Counted from the first letter of the stretch, positions 1 through 9,090 are shown. The stretch is DNA of 64,000 bases from a virus (IMGVR_UViG_3300033273_000550:38013-102012), one strand, 5' to 3'. The notes: generated from the sequence alone by a model not told the origin. Translations and numbers: made by a program.

Positions 1-2
1 CA

Positions 3-1820
3 GGCTCAGATGGACTTTACGACAGTCTTTATAGAAATGTTAACAGTGCCCTAGTTCCTGATTTCGTAGTTAAAAATTTAGATGATGTTCATGAATCACT
101 TTCTTTCTATAAAGTAAAAGGGACTGGATCAGCAGTTGAAAATATAGATGCTTTTGTGAGTGGGTTACCTTCTTCAAGTATGGTAATAAATTATTACAAT
201 GACGATACAGAAACAGTTCATAAAGGATACAGAGCTTTCAATATTATTTACGGATCAGAATTAGACCTTATTAACTTAGCAAACATCGAAGTATCAGCAG
301 TTTTAGATAAACCAACAGCACTCGCTTATGATAATGCTACTGTTAATAATCTAATTAACAATAAGCACTACTACGAATTTACTTCTAACCACCCTACTTT
401 TGATGGATATGGAGGAATTTTCGAATCAGATGAAATAGTAGATGTAAACGGAGATGCAGTTGCTATTGAAGATACAGTTGTTGGAAATTCTTACCGATCT
501 ACTTTTATTTCTGGTTCACCTGATTCGGATAACATCGAAGTATTTACTCAATGGACATACCCTGGTAGTTCACTACCTTCAGGTTCTTATGTTACTTCAT
601 CGGTATTAGTAAATAAGATTTCTCAAGACCTTCCTAATAACCTTATCTATCATATCCAAACAGCTGATAGTTCTTCTTTTAGAGTAAGTGCTAACCAGCA
701 TATGTTAGTCTTTGATTCAGGATCAAATCAACTTCAGTATAAGGATATTCACCACATAGATATTAATAATGATAAGTTACTTTCTATTTCTGGAAGTACA
801 GTTGATATTGCTTCTAAAGATATTGAAGTCTTGGATGGTGACTATAAAACTTATATCCTGGATATGGAATCAGAAGATACGTTTATTCTTTATAATGGAG
901 ATTTAAATGTTAAGATTATTACCCACAACTGCTTTCCAGCAGGTACTAAAATTTTATTAGAAGACGGTTCATATAAGAATATAGAAGAAATTACAACTCA
1001 AGATGTTCTTTTAACATATAATAATGATAAAAAAGAATACGGACTTGGTAAAGTAGGTAGCATCAGGGTATCTACACAATCTAAACTAATTAAGATTAAT
1101 ACTGAAAAAGAAGAACTTAAATCTACTCCTCGTCACAAAATGTTTACATCAGATGGATGGAAAGCAGCTGAAGAAGTAGCCGTCGGGGATTCTCTCTTTA
1201 ATAAACAAGGTGAATTAGTAGAGGTATTAAATATAGAAGTATTAGAAGGTGAGTTTGAAGTTTATCACCTAATTGACGTAAAAGATAATCATACTTACTT
1301 TGCAGAAGATTTATTAGTTCATAACCTTAAAGCTGTTCCTACTTGTTTCTCTGCTGGTACTCGTATTACATTATCAAACCACGATGAAAAATTTATCGAA
1401 GATATTGTTGTTGGTGATGAAGTATTAGGATGGGATGGTGAGAAATTAGTTCCTGCTAAAGTAATTGCTGTCGATAGTAGACACACAGTTGGTGACTCTG
1501 CTGAAGGCTGTAAAACATTAGGAGAAGAACCATCATTATTCACAATAAATGAAATTGGAATTGAATTTACTGCTGAACACCCTTTCTATACCAAAGATGG
1601 ATGGAAGTCTTTAGTACCAGATGTTAGACAAGAGCCATTCTTATCACAGCAAGAACCTAAGAGTTTAAATGTTGGTGATTATGTACTAAACAATGGTGAG
1701 TGGGAAGAAATCAAAGAGATTAGAGTAGTTCGTTCAAATCCTGAAGAAAAAGTTTACAATATAACAGTTGAAGGTGTTCACTCTTATGTTGCTGATGGAG
1801 TTGTTGTTCATAACAAATAA
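3..1820 (+). CDS. Tandem Hint (intein-like) domain protein, 5'-truncated by the window
   Basis: Frame is open from nt 3. Degenerate Hint ~414-929 ends IITHN. Hint 930-1325 runs CFPAGT..TPRHKM..LLVHN. Hint 1344-1814 runs CFSAGT..TAEHPF..VVHN-K. Confidence 0.85.
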   Translation, partial: GSDGLYDSLYRNVNSALVPDFVVKNLDDVHESLSFYKVKGTGSAVENIDAFVSGLPSSSMVINYYNDDTETVHKGYRAFNIIYGSELDLINLANIEVSAVLDKPTALAYDNATVNNLINNKHYYEFTSNHPTFDGYGGIFESDEIVDVNGDAVAIEDTVVGNSYRSTFISGSPDSDNIEVFTQWTYPGSSLPSGSYVTSSVLVNKISQDLPNNLIYHIQTADSSSFRVSANQHMLVFDSGSNQLQYKDIHHIDINNDKLLSISGSTVDIASKDIEVLDGDYKTYILDMESEDTFILYNGDLNVKIITHNCFPAGTKILLEDGSYKNIEEITTQDVLLTYNNDKKEYGLGKVGSIRVSTQSKLIKINTEKEELKSTPRHKMFTSDGWKAAEEVAVGDSLFNKQGELVEVLNIEVLEGEFEVYHLIDVKDNHTYFAEDLLVHNLKAVPTCFSAGTRITLSNHDEKFIEDIVVGDEVLGWDGEKLVPAKVIAVDSRHTVGDSAEGCKTLGEEPSLFTINEIGIEFTAEHPFYTKDGWKSLVPDVRQEPFLSQQEPKSLNVGDYVLNNGEWEEIKEIRVVRSNPEEKVYNITVEGVHSYVADGVVVHNK

Positions 1821-1835
1821 TAAAAAGGATATATT

Positions 1836-1976
1836 ATGGCAATAGTATACAAAACATTTACAAGAGAACAAATGGAGTCTAGAAGCATTACTAACGTAAG
1901 TGCTGCACAAAAGACTTCTATGCAAAATACTATTAGTAACTTTATTACTTATTTTAAAGCTAAACATTTATCATAA
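1836..1976 (+). CDS. 46-aa small protein (MAIVYKTF...KAKHLS), not in the ORF track
   Basis: ATG preceded by AAAGGA at 6-nt spacing; fills the gap between flanking genes. Confidence 0.65.
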   Translation: MAIVYKTFTREQMESRSITNVSAAQKTSMQNTISNFITYFKAKHLS

Positions 1977-1985
1977 AAAGATAAA

Positions 1986-2513
1986 ATGAGTTATGTGCTT
2001 CTTTCCGAAGAAGAATGTCAATACGTAAAGAGTTTTTTTAGCGAAGATACTGCATTAGACGGTAAAGATCCTCTAGTACTTGATATAGATTCTGAAAATA
2101 CTATTTCGATTAAGCGAAAAGCTAGTGCGAAATACTTAGATGTTAGTGACCCTGAGCTTATTAGCTTCCTTATCGATAAACTCTCTCCTTTAAAAATTAA
2201 ATCTATATCTAATAACACTGCTAAACTGGTAAGATATAGTCAAGGAGATTATTTCGCAAAGCATACAGACTTCTACAAGTACGGAAACGGAGCTAGCTAT
2301 AAAACACTAGTTATTCAACTATCTAACCCAGATGACTATAAAGGAGGAAATTTGGTTGTAAAAGACGTTCCTCAAAATAGGGAGTTAGGTTCTTTCTCTC
2401 TATTTAACAGTTCGGATATACACGAAGTTACATTGATTACCGAGGGTGAAAGATATTCTCTTACTTTATTCTTGGTTCATAACGATTTTATTCATAATTT
2501 ATCTTTAATATGA
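1986..2513 (+). CDS. 2OG-Fe(II) oxygenase (prolyl-hydroxylase-like)
   Basis: Y..GD.F..HTD, Y.GG.L and H.V..I..G.RYSL motifs. Confidence 0.85.
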   Translation: MSYVLLSEEECQYVKSFFSEDTALDGKDPLVLDIDSENTISIKRKASAKYLDVSDPELISFLIDKLSPLKIKSISNNTAKLVRYSQGDYFAKHTDFYKYGNGASYKTLVIQLSNPDDYKGGNLVVKDVPQNRELGSFSLFNSSDIHEVTLITEGERYSLTLFLVHNDFIHNLSLI

Positions 2514-2905
2514 CATTAATTAGCCCAGATAAGTTAGAAGTAAAACTCTCTCCAATTCACGGATATGGAGTATTCGCTACTGAAGATATTTTAAGAGGAG
2601 AAATTATAGAAGAGTGTTACGTAATTAAAATACCTGTCAAAAGAGGAGCAATGCCTCACTTATTTGCCGACTATAAATTTAAATGGATAAATGAAAATGA
2701 CGAAATAGAAGAAGTTCTACCTTTAGGATTCGGTTGCATTTATAATCATTCTAAGAATAATAACGCTCTTTGGAGACAGATTACTGATAAAAAAGTAATT
2801 CAATTCTATGCGTTGAAAGATATTAAGAAAGGAGAAGAGATATGTCATTTCTACGGAGGAGATAAGTATTGGGATGCTAAAGCTAAAATTCAAGAATTAT
2901 CATGA
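2510..2905 (+). CDS. SET-domain lysine methyltransferase
   Basis: HGYGVFA, YNHS...N and ALKDIKKGEEI..Y motifs. Confidence 0.9.
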   Translation: MTLISPDKLEVKLSPIHGYGVFATEDILRGEIIEECYVIKIPVKRGAMPHLFADYKFKWINENDEIEEVLPLGFGCIYNHSKNNNALWRQITDKKVIQFYALKDIKKGEEICHFYGGDKYWDAKAKIQELS

Positions 2906-3483
2906 ACCTTTTTGATATAGCTTATACTAAAACTAATTTTAATCTTGACTGGAATAATATAAAACCTATTGCAGAAGAGTCTGTTAGTATAGATAAACAG
3001 CATCACTTAGAAGAGCAAGGAGTAACATCATTTGAGAATACTGATATTCCAACAGAAGATTTAACTGAATTAGATTCTTATTATAACTTTATAATGCCTG
3101 AGGTTAGTTCTTTTGTTTTCGATACTTTAGGTTATTCTAGAGAGTATGAATTAGTAAAGCAGAATGCCTGGTTTTCTAAGTACCTTGATAAAGGATTCGT
3201 TCGTCAACATTCACATGAAGAATCTGTAGCAGTAGCTTGTCTATATATTGAACTTCCATCTAATGCAGGTAACATAGAATTTAAACACCCATATTATAAT
3301 CACAGAAAAGATTATATCGTGAGTGATGATAGTTGGTTATGGAAAGAAGTAAAAGTAAAACAGAATGACGTTATCATTTTCGACTCAGCTATTTGGCACA
3401 GGTCCCAACCTAACTTAAGTGGCAAACAAAGATGGACTCTTACCACTAATTTTGGATTAAAAACTAAAGAAAAGCTTTTTTAA
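2902..3483 (+). CDS. Putative 2OG-Fe(II) oxygenase
   Basis: W.S.Y..HSH, LYI...G.IEF and IIFDS.IWH..PN....R motifs. Confidence 0.75.
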   Translation: MNLFDIAYTKTNFNLDWNNIKPIAEESVSIDKQHHLEEQGVTSFENTDIPTEDLTELDSYYNFIMPEVSSFVFDTLGYSREYELVKQNAWFSKYLDKGFVRQHSHEESVAVACLYIELPSNAGNIEFKHPYYNHRKDYIVSDDSWLWKEVKVKQNDVIIFDSAIWHRSQPNLSGKQRWTLTTNFGLKTKEKLF

Positions 3484-3525
3484 TCGAAGAGTTTTTCTTA
3501 TATTATATATTATAAAACAAGTGTT

Positions 3526-3714
3526 ATGGAGAAGTTATATTTTTTACCTACTTACAAATTAAACCACTCAACTATTGATACAGTTATACCTGGATCACAT
3601 ATTAGAGTTGGTGATTATTATTACGAACAACTTTCTAGAAGACCTAGAAATAGGAGAGTAAAACAATCCTTACTTAGTATGGATGAAAAAACTCAAATTC
3701 TTATTTTTAACTAA
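3526..3714 (+). CDS. Hypothetical protein
   Basis: ORF behind a TATATTAT element with a GTTATG start context. Confidence 0.5.
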   Translation: MEKLYFLPTYKLNHSTIDTVIPGSHIRVGDYYYEQLSRRPRNRRVKQSLLSMDEKTQILIFN

Positions 3715-4073
3715 TGAAAGAACTTAACTGGACTTATATAATTATAGGAGCCGGTTTTACTTTTCTTGCTCAATTTGGTGCTTGGGTTCAGCATAATATG
3801 CAATTCAAGTATCCGGAACTAGACTATAAATGGTGGGGCTGGTATGCTTTAGGTATTCCTCTTACCTTTCTATTTCTTTTAGCTACAAAATATAATGTAG
3901 AAGGGTATGGAGGAAGTATCTGGGCAGGAAGGTTTGTAGGTTTTGCAATAGGTATTGCCATCTATGCAGTCTGTACTTGGATTGTATTTAAAGAGCCAAT
4001 ATCTACTAAAATTTTAGTTCAATTAATTTTATGTACAGCAATATTAGCTGTTCAAGCATTTTGGAAATCATAA
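3714..4073 (+). CDS. Small 4-TM membrane protein (SMR/DMT-like)
   Basis: Four hydrophobic segments; FKEPIS.K motif before the last helix. Confidence 0.6.
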   Translation: MKELNWTYIIIGAGFTFLAQFGAWVQHNMQFKYPELDYKWWGWYALGIPLTFLFLLATKYNVEGYGGSIWAGRFVGFAIGIAIYAVCTWIVFKEPISTKILVQLILCTAILAVQAFWKS

Positions 4074-4074
4074 T

Positions 4075-4785
4075 ATGAATTTAGCAGTATTAACAGATAT
4101 TAAAAAAGAATCGGAAAAGAATTGGAGATTTATATTTGAGTCTCCTATACATAATGAGTTAAATTATATCTCAGGACAATTAGTACAGCTTCATAAAGTT
4201 AGAGAGGACGGTACTACTCTTGTTCGGAACTATTCTCTTGCCTCTTGGGCTGATGGTAGTAACTTATTTGAATTGATAGTTACCAATTTGGAAGGAGGAG
4301 AAATGTGTAACTATCTTTTTAACGAAGCACAAATTGGAGATGAAATTATATTTAGAGGACCTATGGGAGTATTTACTCTTCCGGAAATTATAGACAGGCC
4401 GATTTACTTTGTATGTACCGGATCAGGAATTAGTCCTTTTAGATCTATGGCTAACGACGTAATTAGAAATAATATTCCATTTCAGAAGATGAAATTATTC
4501 TTTGGAACTAGGACTGAGGCAGACTTACTCTACTTAGATGAAATGAGAGAGTTGGAAAGTATGAATCCTAATTTTGAATATAAAGCTTCTCTTTCGAGAG
4601 AAAGTAAACAAGGTTACCATTCAGGTTATATTCATGATGTTTACCTTGCTGAGTTAGAAAAAGAAGAAGTTAAACCCTTGGTATACTTTTGTGGTTGGAG
4701 TGGTATGATAAATGAAGGTAGACAGCATTTAATTGATAGAGGATTTGAAATGAAAAAAGATATCAGAGTAGAAATATTTGGTTAA
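4075..4785 (+). CDS. FAD/NAD(P)-binding oxidoreductase (ferredoxin-reductase family)
   Basis: RNYSLAS, GGEMC, GPMG.F, TGSGISPF and YFCG motifs. Confidence 0.9.
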   Translation: MNLAVLTDIKKESEKNWRFIFESPIHNELNYISGQLVQLHKVREDGTTLVRNYSLASWADGSNLFELIVTNLEGGEMCNYLFNEAQIGDEIIFRGPMGVFTLPEIIDRPIYFVCTGSGISPFRSMANDVIRNNIPFQKMKLFFGTRTEADLLYLDEMRELESMNPNFEYKASLSRESKQGYHSGYIHDVYLAELEKEEVKPLVYFCGWSGMINEGRQHLIDRGFEMKKDIRVEIFG

Positions 4786-4789
4786 CAAT

Positions 4790-6061
4790 ATGCTTAATAA
4801 GTTATTTGATCATCTGGTTATTATCTTTTTAATTTTAATTATGATTCTAGCAGCATCTTGCTCGGTTGAACCGATTGAGATTGAAAAGGAAAAAGTAGAA
4901 GTTAAAAAGTATAAATATAAAGTACCGTCTTACGAATGGGATACTTTTACTCCTCAAATTGACTACGCTAATATACTTTCCTCTTTTGGGTACTCAGACG
5001 TAGATAAGTCTAATTCAAATACATCTCTTGCTATTGCTGACTTTAATCAGGATGGGTATTTGGATTTATATTTTCAAAGCGGACTAGAAGGAGATGAGGT
5101 TATAGTAAAGCATAACTTTCTAATCTATATTCCGGAAGTAGATACATATACTCAAGAAATAGATTTTAAGTTTGATGAAACAACAACTGCTCTTTTATCT
5201 AGAAAAACTATCGTAGGAGATTTTAATAATGATAACAAACCAGATGTAATTAGAGTAGCAGGAGCACACGATAACTTAGACTACCCGAATATTACTCTAA
5301 GTGATGAAGAAGGCTATGTCTTAAAAAATATTAATGATGCTCCTTTAAGTCAGTTTCATACTGTCTCTTCTGGTGACATAGATAATGATGGAGATTTAGA
5401 TTTATTCTTTGCCCATAATGGTCATCAAGATACTTTTGCAATTAATAGAGGAAACGGAGAATTTGATTGGGTAGCTATATCACAAGTTATATTAAATTTT
5501 GAACCAGAAGAGCCGACAGACCTTAATTGGAGATATGGAATATGGACCTCTGAAATGTTTGATTTTAATGAGGACGGATTTATGGATTTAGTATTAGCTG
5601 GTACTTATCCGGATCCAAACTCTCCTTGGGAGAAGGGAACTAAGCTTGATGGTATAACTATTTTATTAGGAAGCGGTAACGGTAAGTTTGATTATAACAA
5701 CTCTTTAATAGCTTTATCAGATGAGAGAATAATAGTTCATCATGATGTCGGGTATGGAGATGTGGACGGAGATGGATTCAATGAATTATTCTCTATGGGC
5801 GGTACATTAGATAATAGAGAAATATTCGATGTATATAAGAATAATAACAATGCGACATTAAATTACTATTCAGATCAATGGATAGAAGGTAATGTTGTTG
5901 GAGAGAGTATAAAAGGAATTACTTGGTTATTAATTAAAGACATTGATAAAGATGGATATTTAGATATAACTGAGAACGAATCTACAATCTTCCAGTTTAC
6001 AGGTACAGTTCGGAATGCTTTAAGATGGGAATGGAACGGGAAAAAGTTTAAAAATAACTAG
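4790..6061 (+). CDS. FG-GAP/VCBS-repeat beta-propeller lipoprotein
   Basis: Signal peptide ending LAASC; six D-[FIV]-[ND]-x-D-[GN]-x-x-[DE] repeats. Confidence 0.8.
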   Translation: MLNKLFDHLVIIFLILIMILAASCSVEPIEIEKEKVEVKKYKYKVPSYEWDTFTPQIDYANILSSFGYSDVDKSNSNTSLAIADFNQDGYLDLYFQSGLEGDEVIVKHNFLIYIPEVDTYTQEIDFKFDETTTALLSRKTIVGDFNNDNKPDVIRVAGAHDNLDYPNITLSDEEGYVLKNINDAPLSQFHTVSSGDIDNDGDLDLFFAHNGHQDTFAINRGNGEFDWVAISQVILNFEPEEPTDLNWRYGIWTSEMFDFNEDGFMDLVLAGTYPDPNSPWEKGTKLDGITILLGSGNGKFDYNNSLIALSDERIIVHHDVGYGDVDGDGFNELFSMGGTLDNREIFDVYKNNNNATLNYYSDQWIEGNVVGESIKGITWLLIKDIDKDGYLDITENESTIFQFTGTVRNALRWEWNGKKFKNN

Positions 6062-6068
6062 TGTAAAA

Positions 6069-6100
6069 GTTGCTCGTCTGATCCAAAAGTACTATATTTA
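6069..6100 (+). promoter_or_regulatory. Early promoter, Bacteroidota -33/-7 type
   Basis: GTTG-N20-TATATTTA, followed by AATAAAGGTTATG. Confidence 0.75.
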
Positions 6101-6130
6101 AGTATAGAAATTAATAAAACAATAAAGGTT

Positions 6131-7024
6131 ATGAACAATTCATTTATTTTTGAAGCTCTTGCAGCAAAAGAGTCTAAACTTAATGCTAAATTAGAAAAAG
6201 CTAGACAAGCTGATAACGAAGCTTCTAAAGCTAAAGACGAAGCTATCAAGCAAGTTTATGTAAAATACTTCAGTGATATCGAAACTGATTTAGTAGATGT
6301 TCAATTTGGTAGAACTTATGGTCATTCAGTAGAAATTACTGCTAGAGGTGACGAGTATGAAAAGCAAGTTTGGGACGAAGAGAAAGAGGATTACGTTATG
6401 AAAACTCTTTGGAGAACTAATGAAGTTGCTAATATTAAAGTTAGAGAAAAAAGTAGATATGATGATGAAAAATCTGATGCTCATTTTACTGACTTAGGTA
6501 TGAGCGTTTATTCTTCTTCTGATAACTACTCAGATTTTATGATCAACAGAATGTTGTTTAACGGTCAAGTTGCTATGATTATCAAAGATTTTAAAGATGA
6601 TATCTTAGCTGAATTAAATAAAGTTTACGAAGAGCAATCTGAGATTACTAAGAAGACTTGGAAAAAAGTTGACGATATTAGAAAGCAGCTTGATGATATT
6701 AGCGAGCAAAGAAGAAACTTTAGAGAAGATAATATTATTGAGGATCTTAAAAACGGTATCAAGATCTTAGGAGATAAGACTGCTTACATCCAAGAAAGAT
6801 ACGATGATGGTACCGGAGGTATCGTTGAAGCTAAAATTACTAGAATGTCTTACTCAGGTAAGTCTGCTGACTTAGAAGTTAAGATTAAAGGTAGAAGATG
6901 GAATTCTGAAACTGAAGCTTACGAAGATACTATCTACGATAGAACTTTAACTAAAGTAAGAAAGCAAAGAATTTTAGATACTTTCGTATCAGGATATAAT
7001 AACTTGACATGGGAGAGAGTTTAA
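6131..7024 (+). CDS. Hypothetical early protein, coiled-coil rich
   Basis: 297-aa ORF directly behind the promoter cassette. Confidence 0.75.
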   Translation: MNNSFIFEALAAKESKLNAKLEKARQADNEASKAKDEAIKQVYVKYFSDIETDLVDVQFGRTYGHSVEITARGDEYEKQVWDEEKEDYVMKTLWRTNEVANIKVREKSRYDDEKSDAHFTDLGMSVYSSSDNYSDFMINRMLFNGQVAMIIKDFKDDILAELNKVYEEQSEITKKTWKKVDDIRKQLDDISEQRRNFREDNIIEDLKNGIKILGDKTAYIQERYDDGTGGIVEAKITRMSYSGKSADLEVKIKGRRWNSETEAYEDTIYDRTLTKVRKQRILDTFVSGYNNLTWERV

Positions 7025-7233
7025 ATTTGATCATAACCAAAACCAAATCGGTGATCGGTAGCTGTCAAAATATGGAACAGCTGCTGATTGCCATGCGGTA
7101 CTCTGACCTAGCGTCAAAACGAATGAGTAATCTCATAGGTAGACTTACTGTACAAGATAATGCAGATAAGTATAATAGATTCAGAAAAAACATAAAACTC
7201 TGGATTGAGGATAAAGTAAAAGAATTTAATTAA
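7009..7233 (+). CDS. Hypothetical protein (start uncertain)
   Basis: ORF in an operon-like run. Confidence 0.5.
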   Translation: MGESLNLIITKTKSVIGSCQNMEQLLIAMRYSDLASKRMSNLIGRLTVQDNADKYNRFRKNIKLWIEDKVKEFN

Positions 7234-7237
7234 TTAT

Positions 7238-7435
7238 ATGTTAATAATAAAAATTGGTAAAAACGAAAATATAAACTCAGCGTTAAAAAGATTCAAACGT
7301 AAAGTTAAAAATACAGGAATGATTAAAGAGCTGAGAGAAAGACAACAGTTTGTTAAACCTTCAGTCGCTAAAAGAAAGTCAAAACAACAGGCAATAAAGA
7401 CTGAGAAATACAGAAGAGAAAATGAAGAAATCTAA
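7238..7435 (+). CDS. rpsU: Ribosomal protein bS21 (phage-encoded)
   Basis: MLII.I...ENI..ALKRFKRK...TG...ELRERQ.F.KPSV.KR signature, Bacteroidota-like N-terminus. Confidence 0.93.
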   Translation: MLIIKIGKNENINSALKRFKRKVKNTGMIKELRERQQFVKPSVAKRKSKQQAIKTEKYRRENEEI

Positions 7436-7574
7436 AAGACAGTATCGTTCTACGCAAGGAAGAACTCCTAAACAATATGAGGATAGTATGAGAGTAGTTG
7501 GCTTTGCTATGTTAATTTTAGCTGGAGGAGCATTTGTCGCTGCTATTGTTGAACTTATTGAAACAATATTCTAA
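7422..7574 (+). CDS. 50-aa membrane peptide, not in the ORF track
   Basis: MKKSKRQYRSTQGR... with one C-terminal TM helix; overlaps the rpsU end and stops just before the next ATG (1-nt gap). Confidence 0.6.
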   Translation: MKKSKRQYRSTQGRTPKQYEDSMRVVGFAMLILAGGAFVAAIVELIETIF

Positions 7575-7575
7575 A

Positions 7576-7749
7576 ATGGGAAAATCTAAACGTGATATAT
7601 ACAAGGATGAAGAGAGATATTCTAGAGGAGAGTTGTCACAATTAGCTAGGAGAAAGATGATACAGAAGCATCACGGAGATGCCTCTAAGTACAAACGGAA
7701 GCCTAAGCACAAAGGGAAATACCTTCCGGAAGATGATGAAAATTTTTAA
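7576..7749 (+). CDS. Small basic protein, ArfA/BrfA-like candidate
   Basis: MGKSKR...SKYKRKPKHKGKY; ATG 7576 preferred over TTG 7534. Confidence 0.5.
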   Translation: MGKSKRDIYKDEERYSRGELSQLARRKMIQKHHGDASKYKRKPKHKGKYLPEDDENF

Positions 7750-7767
7750 AAAATAACTGTGGAAATA

Positions 7768-7799
7768 GTTGCTAGTCTGAGTTGAAAGGACTATATTAA
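7768..7799 (+). promoter_or_regulatory. Early promoter
   Basis: GTTG-N20-TATATTAA. Confidence 0.78.
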
Positions 7800-7821
7800 G
7801 GTATATTTAAAAATAAAGGTT

Positions 7822-8067
7822 ATGTCAATTACAGCACAAAAGAAAGCTAACTTCAAAAAAGCACTTCAATTATTAATTAACGATTTCAATGCTCATAACA
7901 TTGACCATTCAGAAAGTGGAAGAATGAACTTCTGGGTTCCTAATGAGGATGGAGAGCCAGTAAGCGGAGAGATCTCTAGAGACTGTGATGTGTGTTTTTG
8001 GGATGAGCCAGAGTTAGAAGATCAGATTAATCAAGCAATCGAATCTAAAATTCTTAACTTATGCTAG
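7822..8067 (+). CDS. Hypothetical early protein
   Basis: First ORF behind the promoter cassette. Confidence 0.7.
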   Translation: MSITAQKKANFKKALQLLINDFNAHNIDHSESGRMNFWVPNEDGEPVSGEISRDCDVCFWDEPELEDQINQAIESKILNLC

Positions 8068-8258
8068 TACAGGATATGAAATTAGGTGAGGTGTACCTAA
8101 TGGAAGGCCTCACCTCTTCCGGAAATAAGATTATGGCTCCAGTCAGGCTGGTAAGGTATAATGGGATGAATAAGTACGTTGTTGAGTCTGGTAACAGGCA
8201 AAGGATTACAATGTTACTAGATGGAAATGATACTATTTATACTAAAGAAGAATTATGA
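8061..8258 (+). CDS. Hypothetical protein
   Basis: Coupled ORF. Confidence 0.6.
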   Translation: MLVQDMKLGEVYLMEGLTSSGNKIMAPVRLVRYNGMNKYVVESGNRQRITMLLDGNDTIYTKEEL

Positions 8259-8644
8259 GCAAATACGACGTTTACGTTTACGATGATAAGAGAGCAGCAT
8301 CTCATGCCGCTACAGGAACTAGTCTAAAGACTAAGTTGATTGGAATCACTTATGATGATTTGGTTAGCATTTTTGGGGAACCAATTTATGGTCCAGGAGA
8401 AGGAGATAGTAGTATCAACTTTGAATGGGTAGTAGACTTTAACGGAGATACTTTTACTATCTACGACTGGAAGTATCCTGATGCTAATTATGTGAAGAAT
8501 GAATTAGGTCATGATGGAGGTATAAGCTTTCACATTGGAGGTAAGAAGTATGCTGGAGACTTTGAAGACTTTATTGAAGATGCTAAGAGCAAGGGATTAA
8601 AGTTTGGATCCAATAAACATGATGATGACGAATTACCATTCTAA
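8255..8644 (+). CDS. Hypothetical protein, paralog of 9300..9653
   Basis: Shared G.TY.DLV..FGEP...GD...NFEWV..F.G...T.YDWK...FH.GG. Confidence 0.75.
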   Translation: MSKYDVYVYDDKRAASHAATGTSLKTKLIGITYDDLVSIFGEPIYGPGEGDSSINFEWVVDFNGDTFTIYDWKYPDANYVKNELGHDGGISFHIGGKKYAGDFEDFIEDAKSKGLKFGSNKHDDDELPF

Positions 8645-8853
8645 TGGTAGTACAAATTCCAATAACGGTTGCATACAAGAAGAAGTCTGGGTCTAAAGTC
8701 TGGTTAAAGACATTTACAGATCAGAGATGCCCAGATAGGATTATTAGTTTACGAGGAAGTCTTCTTCCAAAGGGATGTGAGATTCTAGACTTAGGAGTCG
8801 GATCAGCATTCGAAAACCTTTACAGAAAAAAGTACAAACTTTCCGGAAAATAA
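8644..8853 (+). CDS. Hypothetical protein
   Basis: TAATG stop/start coupling. Confidence 0.6.
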   Translation: MVVQIPITVAYKKKSGSKVWLKTFTDQRCPDRIISLRGSLLPKGCEILDLGVGSAFENLYRKKYKLSGK

Positions 8854-8864
8854 CTTAGTAAGTA

Positions 8865-8896
8865 GTTGGAATCCTGATCTATTATTCATATATTAA
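8865..8896 (+). promoter_or_regulatory. Early promoter
   Basis: GTTG-N20-TATATTAA. Confidence 0.78.
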
Positions 8897-8919
8897 GGTA
8901 TATTAAAACAATAAAGGTT

Positions 8920-9090
8920 ATGGATTCAGTATTAAGATTTTTCACTTGCGGACTTACAGGAGATGAGTGTGCTATTATCCTCAGAGGAGGAGAAGAGATT
9001 TGTGTAACAGCTAATGAGGCTTGGGATATAGAAGCTCAGTCTCAAGCTGCTCATGATGCATACGTTCAACGAGGAGAAAGAGGTTGGTAG
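8920..9090 (+). CDS. 56-aa protein (MDSVLRFFTCG...), not in the ORF track
   Basis: Starts at the cassette AATAAAGGTTATG. Confidence 0.7.
   Translation: MDSVLRFFTCGLTGDECAIILRGGEEICVTANEAWDIEAQSQAAHDAYVQRGERGW

Noticed and set aside
930-1814. Hint domains as ordinary mobile inteins
   Set aside because: No homing endonuclease, no interrupted conserved host protein, and Leu/Lys rather than Cys/Ser/Thr at +1 for Hint-2 and Hint-3.
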